Origin: a bacterium
GTDB taxonomy: Bacteria > UBA8248
Direction of reading: 5' to 3'
Length of the DNA stretch: 64,000 bases
Assembly: GCA_965221165.1 (NCBI GenBank)
Contig: CBDCRP010000003.1
Span: 1,408,001-1,472,000, forward strand
Shown: positions 35,509 through 44,641 of the stretch, piece by piece
How positions within the stretch are numbered: position 1 is the first letter of the stretch
Layout: every line of letters starts with the position of its first letter
Made by a program: the position numbers and the translations under genes
The notes under the pieces: generated by a model
Database searches by the model: none
The model's input: only the letters and a program-made list of their open reading frames with translations
What the model was told of the DNA's origin: nothing

Positions 35509-36792
35509 CTAGAAGGAGACGCAGGAAATCCCCGATATCCCCATCTGCCACTGGCTTGCGTAAAGCTCGTGTCCCGTCACTTCCCCGCCCGCCAATGGAT
35601 CGATGGGTGGGCGCTCGTAGAATTCGAGCGGTTGGGGCCCGAGGACCTTTTCCACTGGCGGCAGGACCAACGGCTCGTCCAGATTCCCCGTGCTCACGAT
35701 GACATCCGCTTCCGGGACGAAATCCGCGACCGGAAAGTCGCGCCCGTCTTGCCCTGCGTGCTCATGGATTTTCAGCACCGTCTTGATGCCTGCCGACTCG
35801 CAGGCCCGCACCGTCAGCATTGCATCGATGATGGTGTTGCCGGTCCCCTCGATACTGATGATCGCGCCATCGGCTTGAAGCAGCCGCGCCAGGTTCGCCG
35901 CAAAATAGGCGCTCCGCTCCTTCAGCAAGTGGTTGTCGTTGTGACCCCGCGTCAGAATCACCCCCGCGAACAGCAGATCTCTGTCGTGCCGGTCTAGCAA
36001 TTCCATGATTGCCGGGTTGCGGCAATGCATGAACGTGGGAATTTTCATCGCACTCTTGTAATTGCCGCTCACCACCGCGCCATCCAGCATTTCCGTCGGG
36101 TATAGAGCGGTAGGGGTATGGATTCGCGTGCTCTGCCCGTAAAGGAAGGTTTGGACGAGTTCCCCTTGGTCCTGGACTTGGCCGATATAGACGACGCGTG
36201 GCTTCTGGCCGTCCGATGACGCTGCTATGTCGAACACTTCCACGTCGTCCACCTCCTGCTCGAAGCCGAGGCGCCCGAGATGATGGGCGAACTGCAGAGT
36301 CACTGTTCGAATGGCCACATCAAACTCGTGGTTCGTCGCGTCCGGACAAGGCCAAAACGTGAGGACGAGGTTGAAACTGCCCGAGCAGGCGCAGAGGGGG
36401 GCGGCCGGGCCAGCCATGTCGATCACTGCCGGGCGGACGGTCAGGACGCCGGTGGACTTTTGGGGGAAGATTCCGCACTGCACCACGCGCAGATTGCTTA
36501 ACCGGTGTGTGACGCCGCCGCCGACCGTTTGGGATGGGCCGATGAAACCGGGGAAGGCGTCCAGGGGCGCGGGCCCCGCCTTGGCGATGGGCTCGACGGC
36601 GTCGAGCGGATTGACGATGCGCACGGATTCGTTCGGCCGCGCAATCTCAACGGCCACCCGCTGGATGGCCGGATGCGGACGTGCGAACTTTTCCAAGTAC
36701 GAGGGATCGATGCATAAGTTGCCATCTTTCATCTGATTTTTCGATCCGAGCTCTATTTCGCGGACGGTATGATTATGAACTTCCAGGCGCAT
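35509..36792 (-). CDS. glycine/sarcosine/betaine reductase component B proprotein family (GrdE/GrdG/GrdI-like)
   Basis: MRLE start, IARPNESVRI..DAVEP, IDMAGP, PTEMLDGAVVSGN, KERSA, ADGAIISIEG.GN, VSTGN. Confidence 0.9.
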   Translation of the reverse strand: MRLEVHNHTVREIELGSKNQMKDGNLCIDPSYLEKFARPHPAIQRVAVEIARPNESVRIVNPLDAVEPIAKAGPAPLDAFPGFIGPSQTVGGGVTHRLSNLRVVQCGIFPQKSTGVLTVRPAVIDMAGPAAPLCACSGSFNLVLTFWPCPDATNHEFDVAIRTVTLQFAHHLGRLGFEQEVDDVEVFDIAASSDGQKPRVVYIGQVQDQGELVQTFLYGQSTRIHTPTALYPTEMLDGAVVSGNYKSAMKIPTFMHCRNPAIMELLDRHDRDLLFAGVILTRGHNDNHLLKERSAYFAANLARLLQADGAIISIEGTGNTIIDAMLTVRACESAGIKTVLKIHEHAGQDGRDFPVADFVPEADVIVSTGNLDEPLVLPPVEKVLGPQPLEFYERPPIDPLAGGEVTGHELYASQWQMGISGISCVSF

Positions 36793-36818
36793 GGCATCTC
36801 CCAGTCAAAGCGTAGACC

Positions 36819-38237
36819 TCATTCCGGCCGTGACAAGACGAACGAGATCCCGTCCATCAGCTGGGTCATCCGTCCGAGGAAGAGGCTTCCCTTGGCGACG
36901 AACATCACGTGGTCCAAGCTTCCCTGCCGAAGTCGGGACAGAGCGTGGCCGACATAGGGGACGGCGGCCGGTATGTGGCCCTGCGTCGGGGAAAATCCCA
37001 CCATCCCCCGGGAAGTCACGAACTCCGGGATCTCGGTGGCGAGTATTTCTTTCCGCAGAACGGCGAACGCCCCCAACGAGCGGTAGTTGTTGCGCGGGAC
37101 ATCTCCGCTACCCGCTGGCTCGGTGATTTCCGGATTGTGGAGCTCCACGGCGAAACGGGAGATGTCCAGCATTTTCATCCCAAGAGCCCGGAGCGGCTCG
37201 CCCACCAGCGTCTCGAGCAGCGCCTGCTCGGAGATCCCCGCCTTGACCCGATGCTGCCCAATCGCCTCCATGCGGATGAAGGGAGCTTCCCCCGTACGTC
37301 CGGTCATCAGGAAGGCCATGCTGGCGAGGACATCCTCCAGGATGGGCATGTCGTTCTTGAGATGTCCCAGAAACTTCATCCCGAGCTTGGGGAGGGAGCC
37401 GCCGCCCACCACCGCCACCTGGCGTGCAATTCCGGCCGAGATGAGGGCCGCACCGTGGACGATGGCGTAACCCGGCGAGGCACAGAAGGATTTGATGTCT
37501 ACCCCGCTCGCATTGGAGCAGCCCGCCATCTCCGCAATCGCCTTGGCTAGATTCCCCCCTCCCCTGTTGTACCGATCGCCCACCGCATCCTCAGAGCATG
37601 AGAGGACCACATCGACCGTTTCGGGATCCATCCGTTGTTGAGTCAGCAGGTGACGCAGCGCGAAAGCACCGGTGGCCTTCGCGGCAAAATTCTCCAGAAG
37701 CACCGTCGGTTCGAGATTTGGATCTTGCTCGTGGGCTTGGCGCACGCATCCCACCGTCTTCCCCTCGTGGAAGAGCGGCAAAGCGCCTTCTCGGTCTATC
37801 TCGTCATTGATGTCCCCCAAGAGTTTCCCCTCCAGGGGTCCGAGGCCCTCCTGACTCCACCCTCGGCGCCTCCAGGGGTCTTCCTGACCGGATAGCCACT
37901 CGTATTCAAGCCAGACCAAGTCAAACTGGTCCGCTTCCTTCATGAGGAGAAAGAAATCCGGCTGGGTAAGGATCTCCCCGAACTTCCCGATTACCGGCGC
38001 GGACCCATTTGTGCGGCAAAACCAAGGCCTCGGCTCCCGATTCAGATCTTCCGGCCCCTGGTTTCCGATGAACACCTGATGAGGGAGGTAATCGACCGCC
38101 GATTGGAACGTCCGCAGGCGATTGGCGAATTCGGAGCGAAGGGCAGGTCGGACTGACAGTTCCCACAGAGGCTTGGAGCCGTACCGCACGAGGTCGGAAA
38201 CGTGGAAGAGATGATATCCTGCCGCCATCAATTCCAT
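36819..38237 (-). CDS. glycine reductase component C beta subunit-like (GrdC, FabH fold)
   Basis: YLPHQVFIGN, CSEDAVGDRYNRGGGNLAKAIAE, FCA, HNPEIT, GSLFLGRMTQLMDGISF. Confidence 0.92.
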   Translation of the reverse strand: MELMAAGYHLFHVSDLVRYGSKPLWELSVRPALRSEFANRLRTFQSAVDYLPHQVFIGNQGPEDLNREPRPWFCRTNGSAPVIGKFGEILTQPDFFLLMKEADQFDLVWLEYEWLSGQEDPWRRRGWSQEGLGPLEGKLLGDINDEIDREGALPLFHEGKTVGCVRQAHEQDPNLEPTVLLENFAAKATGAFALRHLLTQQRMDPETVDVVLSCSEDAVGDRYNRGGGNLAKAIAEMAGCSNASGVDIKSFCASPGYAIVHGAALISAGIARQVAVVGGGSLPKLGMKFLGHLKNDMPILEDVLASMAFLMTGRTGEAPFIRMEAIGQHRVKAGISEQALLETLVGEPLRALGMKMLDISRFAVELHNPEITEPAGSGDVPRNNYRSLGAFAVLRKEILATEIPEFVTSRGMVGFSPTQGHIPAAVPYVGHALSRLRQGSLDHVMFVAKGSLFLGRMTQLMDGISFVLSRPE

Positions 38238-38278
38238 CGGGAACCTCCCATTATATTTTGCCGAGCCGATGTGCCCCG

Positions 38279-38746
38279 CTAGCCGGCGCTCAAGCTGCGC
38301 ACCTTCTCGATGGCTCCGAACAGAGAGTCCAAGTCAGTCGACAGCTTGGGGAACTCCAATTTCTCCTGGTAAAGCGCTTCCGGGATGATCGCTTCGAAGG
38401 CGGGCTCGAATATGTGGTAGAAGGGGAGGTCGAGCTCCACCCCTCCCAGCGGTCCCGCGTAGCTGGGGTCACCCTTGGTGAGGGTAACCCCCATTGTTTC
38501 GATGGTGCTCGGATCCTTGGCGCCCAGGACTGCGATTAGGTTCTCTTTGCCGTGCGCCTCGACGAGGCGCTTGATGGAGGCTTGGTTTTCAAAGTCCATG
38601 CCTCCCGCCGCGGTTCAGACGAAGCACTGGGTCAGTTCGAGGACCACTTCTAGTCCCCCGCCACGCAGGCATTCGCCGATCAGGCGCCCCTGGACGCCGT
38701 CTCGCTCGCCGAAAGCGATGAATTTTCCCCCTTCAAATTCTCTCAT
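38279..38746 (-). CDS. grdA: glycine reductase selenoprotein A (Sec at codon 44, UGA 38615-38617)
   Basis: Manual translation MREFEGGKFIAFGERDGVQG...TQCFV-U-TAAGGMDFENQ...GDPSYAGPL; canonical CxxU; ATGA overlap with the iclR stop. Confidence 0.95.
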
Positions 38747-39528
38747 GCCAATCTCCCATACGACAGATTTGACGAAAGCAAATCTATTCGAAATCCCAAA
38801 TCCTTGCTGATATCAGATACCGCTATTCGGAGTTCCCGTGTGAGATTCGATTTCGCTTTACGGGAAAATCTCAAATCAGGCACGTAGAGGCTGATGCAAT
38901 AGTCCACACAGCCGTTCGCCGTATAGATTGGCGCCGCGATGCCCACGCCGCCCACGGTCCGCTCTTGAACCCCAATGGATACCCCCTTGGCCTTGATGCG
39001 CGGAAGTTCGCGCCGCAGTTCTTCTTCGCGCACGACTGTCGAAGGGCCGACGGGCTTGAGCAGGACCTGTCGGAAATATTGGTCGGTCTCCTCCTGGCTC
39101 AAGTGCGCCAGCAGAATTTTCCCCGCCCCTCCGCAATAGAGGGGAACAAGTTTGCCGAGCTCGGCGGCCATCCGCAATTCGTGTGAGCTTTCGAACTGCA
39201 TGACACACGCACGCGCATTGCCCATCTTTCTCCATAGGCACACCGTTTCTTGCGTTCGATCACGGAGATGGCGCATATGATAGGAGCTGCTGGCCACCAC
39301 GTCCTGATGGACCAGGCTTCTCAGCATTCCGATGAGCCTTAGGCCCAAGACCCAACCCCGTCCGGTGCTCGTTCGCTGAATGAGACCCGACTCCTCCAAG
39401 GTTCGCGTGAGTCGGAGTGCGGTGCTCTTGGGGAATCCCGAAAGCTTGACCACTTCCGGGAATGTCAGGACCGGCCGCTGGGAGGTAAAAAGGTCCAAGA
39501 TGGACAACAACTTTTCGAGTAGTTTCAT
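38743..39528 (-). CDS. IclR-family transcriptional regulator
   Basis: N-terminal wHTH (PKSTALRLTRTL), PLYCGGAGKILLA, GIAAPI. Confidence 0.93.
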   Translation of the reverse strand: MKLLEKLLSILDLFTSQRPVLTFPEVVKLSGFPKSTALRLTRTLEESGLIQRTSTGRGWVLGLRLIGMLRSLVHQDVVASSSYHMRHLRDRTQETVCLWRKMGNARACVMQFESSHELRMAAELGKLVPLYCGGAGKILLAHLSQEETDQYFRQVLLKPVGPSTVVREEELRRELPRIKAKGVSIGVQERTVGGVGIAAPIYTANGCVDYCISLYVPDLRFSRKAKSNLTRELRIAVSDISKDLGFRIDLLSSNLSYGRLA

Positions 39529-39894
39529 TTTCCGGACCTCTTATGCTAATTTATGGAACTTTCTCATTAACTCGGATAGGTGTCAAGAGGGCATTTTCCC
39601 CGTTTGAAGCTCGGGAAATGGGATGCGGACGGCGAACCTAGGCAGTTGAACTTGACATCGCTAGATGAAAAACGAACAAGAATTTGATTATGGCTCAGTC
39701 GTCGAATCTGACCTTGTCTTGCAGTGAGGCGGAACCATGAGCGTCTGCAGTCCCAGAATTCCTCCATGCCATTGTTCTTGCTTCCTTGCTTCAAATGTTG
39801 TGGCATGACGATAGGGGTTTCGCCGACTGGGATTTATTGGGCACGCCATATGGTTGACTCCGACAAGACATCTGTTTCCATTGAAGAGGGCGAG

Positions 39895-41007
39895 ATGCTT
39901 CCAAAGAAATTACTTTCTCGGCATCCCATCCTGCGGGAGTTTCTGCTGGATCAGGCTCCCTTCGTGATTTCTCTGTTTGTCCTCGGGATTGCCGCTAACT
40001 ACTTGCAGCATGGTTTCATGCCGGGAGGAGATCGACCGTATCCCCTCGCCGAAGTGGCGGTCCCATTGTGGCATCTTCTCTGGCTGGGCTTCTGGACCGG
40101 CTACATCATGGCGCTGGTGGGTGAGGCCAGCGGTCTTCTCGCGCTCCCTTACTCGATGTCTGTGCTGAATTTTCAGACGCTCGCCGTAACCCCCACCCAC
40201 CTTCTCATTACATTCCTCAATCCCTATGGCGCGCTCATAGGCTTCTGGCGAGAGAGGCGCTGGAACCTGGACATTGCTCTGTGGCTTTGCCTCGGCACGC
40301 TGGTGGGGTCGCAGGCTGGCCCCTTCATTCGGGTGTACTTCCTGTCTCAGCCGGCTCCCATCAAGGCATTGATCGGCGCAGGGCTTTTCTATTTGGGGGG
40401 TCATCTGATGTACGAGGTCACACCGCGGTATCTGGCCCGGAGGCGCGACCTCACAACATTCAAGGCGAAGTTCGACGCCCATGTGAAGAAAATGCTCCGA
40501 GAAGGTAAGAATCCCTCTGGCATCCCGGAGAAGGCGATGATTCATACGCTGGAGCGTTCGTGGCGGAGAATCACCATTTCCTTTTGGGATGAGAGCTATA
40601 CTTTGTGCCCGCCCCTGCTGCTGCTTCTGGGGACAGGGGTCGGCCTAGTATCCTCTACGATAGGCGTGGGCGGAGGGTTCTTAATGACCCCGCTCTTGGT
40701 GAAGATTTACCGGCTCCCGATGTTTGTGGTCGTGGCCGCCTCCATCCCGTTCGTCGTGGTGCAGTCGCTCGTCGGGTTCTTCGCCTACAACGTCACTCTC
40801 CCCCTGCTCACTGGCGGTTATGTAAATTCGGAGTGGGGATGGGGCTTCCTGGTCGCTTCCTCCGCTGTAATGGGGGCATGGTGTGCATCCAAAACGCAGA
40901 AATTCGTGCCCGAACACTACCTCAAGCTGATGCTGGGGATCCTGAGCGGCCTGGGTGGCTTGGTGTATCTATTGAACTACTTGATTGGACTTCCCTTCGA
41001 GATATGA
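39895..41007 (+). CDS. TauE/SafE (TSUP) family sulfite-exporter-like membrane protein
   Basis: Repeated Gly-rich TM motifs (VGEASGLLALP, IGVGGGFLMTP); divergent from iclR; start uncertain. Confidence 0.8.
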   Translation: MLPKKLLSRHPILREFLLDQAPFVISLFVLGIAANYLQHGFMPGGDRPYPLAEVAVPLWHLLWLGFWTGYIMALVGEASGLLALPYSMSVLNFQTLAVTPTHLLITFLNPYGALIGFWRERRWNLDIALWLCLGTLVGSQAGPFIRVYFLSQPAPIKALIGAGLFYLGGHLMYEVTPRYLARRRDLTTFKAKFDAHVKKMLREGKNPSGIPEKAMIHTLERSWRRITISFWDESYTLCPPLLLLLGTGVGLVSSTIGVGGGFLMTPLLVKIYRLPMFVVVAASIPFVVVQSLVGFFAYNVTLPLLTGGYVNSEWGWGFLVASSAVMGAWCASKTQKFVPEHYLKLMLGILSGLGGLVYLLNYLIGLPFEI

Positions 41008-41471
41008 AAACACCGCCGTTCTTCCGAAAAATGAGAACTCTTCTCCTTCCCTTATTGCCGTTTGCGGTTCTCTTTCTGGCGATATTGATAGCTGCCTATC
41101 ATATTGCAGTGTATCGCTGAATTCTTCCTGACGTTCCCCCCTTCTATGAAAGCCCGTTGCGCGTTAAGGTATTTTCTCAACCAGGCAGCCGCGAGTCCTA
41201 TTCTTCTATCCGAGCGTTGGCTTGTGAGTCTTGCCCATCTGGGTGCTTTGAGAGGGCGACGGCTGACCTATCTTAGACCGAGCTTTGAAGCCCAAGGGGG
41301 CTCGATTTCGCCGTCGCAAGCGCGGGAAGGCGACCGTGTCTCCCTCTCACTCATGCGGCCTGCCGCTGCATCTGATGATAGAGTCACCTTATCCACCGAT
41401 TGCAGACAGCCGCCACAATCACGCTGGTGGGTTTTCCGGCCTCATGTATCTTGAGGGCAAGCCGGCTCTCT

Positions 41472-41800
41472 TGACTTGCCCCCGATAGTGGTACCACTCC
41501 CTATAAGAGTCCTAGAACCATGGCCGAAGGGCGAAGCGGAGCGATGCCCGGAGGCCATGGTTCTTTTGTTTCAGGTGCCGGAGGCCGGTAATCCAATGAA
41601 CTATGCGGCCTAATTCTGTTGTACACATGCCTCCAGCGTTCCACCAGCACTTTCGCTTCGTGTAGCGTATCGAATCTCTCCAGATTCAAGAGTTCATCCC
41701 GCATCTTTCCGATAAAAGATTCGACATATCCATTCTCCCAAGGGCTTCCAGGCTCGATGAAGAGCGTCTTCACGCCCAGGCGGGAGAGCCACTCTCTGGC
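41472..41800 (-). mobile_element. IS3-family remnant (3' end of transposase plus right end)
   Basis: [16 protein letters not shown]...[12 protein letters not shown]; terminus TGACTTGCCCCCGATAGTGGTACCA fits the IS3 TG...CA rule. Confidence 0.85.
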
Positions 41801-42195
41801 GCGTGCAGTCGCTGCGCGAGGAGGGCCGCTCGAGCCGCGCCTAGCTGTGGACCTCGGTCAGCGAGGACGTGGTCTACTTCCACGTCGACTCCTCACGCGG
41901 CGCAGAGGTCGCGAAGAAGTTGTTCGCCACGACCGGCCGACATACGGTCATCGTCTGCGACCGCTACGGCGCCTACAAGAAGCTGGCGCGCATTCCCGGG
42001 GGTCTGGTAACCCTCGCATGGTGTTGGGTCCACGTACGCAGGGATTTCATCCACTGCGCCGCCGGTCAGGTGCGGCTGACGCGGTGGCGCCGGAGATGGA
42101 TCGAGCGGATTGCGCTGCTCTATCGCCTGAACGAGGCGCGCCTGGCCCGTTACGACCCAGGGATCGAACGGCAGGGCGCGGCGTTCGACGCGGCG
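41797..42195 (+). mobile_element. IS66-family transposase (TnpC) internal fragment
   Basis: VCDRYGAY...[12 protein letters not shown]; in-frame TAG upstream; both ends missing. Confidence 0.8.
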
Positions 42196-42434
42196 CGTGG
42201 GCCTCGCCCCAGAGCCGCGTGGTCCTCTCCCGCGCTTCTTTGGAAGCGCAAGAGCGCGCCTACGAGGCCGCGTTCGCTGGCCGAGACGTGCCGCGTCCCC
42301 CCCACTGGGGCGGTTACGTCCTGAAACCTCATACTGTCGAGTTCTGGCAGCACAGGGACAGCCGTCTCCACGACCGTGTGCGCTACACGCTGGAGACGGA
42401 TGGAGAATGGAGCGTCGAGAGACTGGGGCCGTAG
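42192..42434 (+). pseudogene. second, divergent copy of the pdxH 3' end
   Basis: [10 protein letters not shown]...[30 protein letters not shown]...LGP*; first 26 nt match 26483-26508 at 25/26. Confidence 0.9.
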
Positions 42435-42469
42435 TACCTAACGGATTATTACCAAAGGAAAACCACGCC

Positions 42470-42710
42470 ATGCCCATGAAGAATCCGCCCCATCCGGGCC
42501 TTTCCGTCGCCCAAGATTGCCTGGAGCCGCTACGTTTAAGCGTAACGGAAGCCGCCCGGAAGCTCGGCGTGAGCCGCAAAGGATTATCCCGCCTCGTCAA
42601 CTGCCGTTCGGGCATCTCTCCCGAGATGGCGATTCGCCTGGATAAAGCCTTCGGCGGGGGTGCGGAAGTGTGGTATCGCCTCCAGACGGCCTACGACTTC
42701 GAACAAGCGA
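42470..42710 (+). pseudogene. truncated second higA copy, preceded by a few bases of higB tail
   Basis: [10 protein letters not shown]...YDFEQA near-identical to 19618-19902; TAACGGATTAT upstream matches the higB end; broken at about 42710. Confidence 0.88.
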
Positions 42711-43332
42711 CCAGATACCACAAAGCGAGCACAACGAGCACCGGATACGAAGAGCTCGCAGTTGGCTCAGCCAGAGCAGAAAAGTCACCTCGGAAGAGGA
42801 GAAATTCATTTGTCTGTGGATCGCCTTCAACGCGGCCTACGGCGGTGAACCGACCGGCCAAAACGGGGCTCCCGACTCCGAGAGATTCACGAACTTTTTG
42901 GAAGATATAATCAACTGCGACACACGGAAAGAAATAGAGAACATTCTCTGGGAAACATATTCCGGGCCAATCCGGGTTCTTTTGCAAAACCAGTATGTAT
43001 TCGCTCCATTCTGGGAATGGGTGCGGGAACCGTCGACGGACAACGACTGGCGCAGACGATTCGAGCGTATCAACGCCAGAATAAACAGGGCCCTAGGAAA
43101 AAGAGATGTACACGGCGTCTTTACGGAAGTTTTCTGGCGGCTGTATCAATTGCGCAACCAGGTTTTCCACGGCGGCGTGACGTTCGCCGAGGGATGGGGG
43201 CGGACGCAACTCAGGGACGGCAGCCGCATCATGGCGGAGGTCGTTCCGGTGATTCTCGACGTCATGGATGAAAACCCCAAGTCCGATTGGGGAAAGGTCG
43301 CCTACCCCAGGGTCGGCGAGAATCCGGATTAG
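42710..43332 (+). CDS. Apea-like HEPN-domain protein, copy 1 (native start and leader deleted; possibly pseudogene)
   Basis: [13 protein letters not shown] and [11 protein letters not shown] (RxxxxH); fused out of frame to the higA fragment; an in-frame GTG exists at 42670. Confidence 0.75.
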
Positions 43333-43419
43333 GAGCGGGTTGAACGCCTCCGCACTCGCGAACACCCCCGATGGTGTGCGCTCTCCTATCAAACAACCAG
43401 ACATGAGCGACCCCTCCAC

Positions 43420-43670
43420 GACCCGCGTCCTCACCTCTCGCGAATGAGAGCAAAACGCCCTCACATGGAATGTAAAACTTTGGTAAAGATCGCCGAAAAA
43501 TGTTGAAATCCGCAGCGGAACAACCTATACAAACATGGAGTATCCAAGCCCGAACAACAAGGAGAAGGTTCCTCCCCGATGAGGAAACCCCACGAGGGTT
43601 TTATCGCGTCGGAGCAATCGGGGAGTTAATTTCATCGTCGCGTGCCGAGACGGCGGTGAGAGGACTCACG
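43420..43670 (+). repeat. HEPN upstream repeat A (promoter plus structured leader)
   Basis: Near-identical to 44387-44641; TTGAAA-N17-TATACA at 43503-43531; CTCCCCGAT/ATCGGGGAG stem. Confidence 0.85.
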
Positions 43671-44354
43671 ATGACGCGAATCAGTGAATACATGCTCCAA
43701 AGAGAGCACAACCAACACCGGATGCGGCGTGCCTACGGTTGGCTCGAGCGGAGCGAAAAAGCCGATGCCACCGAGGGGAAATTCATCTTTCTGTGGATTG
43801 CCTTCAACGCGGCCTACGGGGCCGAGGAGAGCGCCATCCTGGAAAACCAACTCACCGAGAACCTGAAGATCAGGAACTTCTTGCGCGAAATCCTGAAACG
43901 CGATGTGCACAAAAAGATAGATGCCATCCTGCTCAAGAAGCATTCCGGTGCAGTTCGGGTTCTTCTGGAGAATCAGTACCTGTTCAAACTCTTCTGGCGG
44001 TGGGTGCGGGATCCGTCGAGGACCTATAACTGGCGCAAAGGGTTCGAATCCAACAGAGACAGAATAAGAAGCGCCCTGGAAGAAAGAGACGTACTCGTCG
44101 TTTTCAGCGAAGTCTTCCGGCGGCTGTATGGACTGCGCAACCAGGTCTTCCACGGGGACATGACGTTCACCAAAGGATGGGGCCAGACCCAGTTCAGGGA
44201 CGCCACTCGCATCATGGCCGACGTCGTTCCGGTGATTCTCGAGATCATGAAGGGCGACATCGACGCGAACCCCGCATCCGGAATCTGGGGAAAGGTCGCC
44301 TACCCTCGGATCAGCGACAGCGCGCATCCGAAACCGCAGGAGGGGCGTTCGTGA
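43671..44354 (+). CDS. Apea-like HEPN-domain protein, copy 2
   Basis: [24 protein letters not shown]; ATG after GGTGAGAGG, same position as in the paralogs. Confidence 0.85.
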   Translation: MTRISEYMLQREHNQHRMRRAYGWLERSEKADATEGKFIFLWIAFNAAYGAEESAILENQLTENLKIRNFLREILKRDVHKKIDAILLKKHSGAVRVLLENQYLFKLFWRWVRDPSRTYNWRKGFESNRDRIRSALEERDVLVVFSEVFRRLYGLRNQVFHGDMTFTKGWGQTQFRDATRIMADVVPVILEIMKGDIDANPASGIWGKVAYPRISDSAHPKPQEGRS

Positions 44355-44379
44355 ACGTGGGGGCGTTCACGAACGCCCC
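44342..44379. repeat. perfect 16-bp inverted repeat (REP-like)
   Basis: GGGGCGTTCGTGAACG-TGGGGG-CGTTCACGAACGCCCC, overlapping the copy-2 stop codon. Confidence 0.75.
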
Positions 44380-44386
44380 CCTGCAC

Positions 44387-44641
44387 GACCCGCGTCCTCA
44401 CCCTCTCGCGAATGAGAGCAAAACGCCCTCACATGGAATGTAAAATTTTGGTAAAGATCGCCGAAATATATTGAAATCCGCAGCGGAAAAACCTATACAA
44501 ACATCGAGGGTCCAACTCTCAAAAGAAAACGAGAAGGTACCTCCCCGATGAGGAAAACCCACGGGGGTTATATCGCGTCGGAGCAATCGGGGAGTTCTCT
44601 TCCACCGGCCCGTGTCCAGGCGGCGGTGAGAGGCCCCGAAG
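44387..44641 (+). repeat. HEPN upstream repeat B (promoter plus structured leader)
   Basis: TTGAAA-N17-TATACA starting at 44471; GAGAA..CTCCCCGAT/ATCGGGGAG..TTCTC stem. Confidence 0.85.

Noticed and set aside
38570-38614. SECIS hairpin for grdA
   Set aside because: A GGAGGC/GCCTCC pairing exists, but the loop is unlike the other two candidates; not called. Sec is supported by the CFVU motif instead.
43570-43600. CCGATGAG...GAAA as a hammerhead ribozyme core
   Set aside because: The required CUGAnGA is CCGAUGA here, and there is no stem II between it and GAAA.
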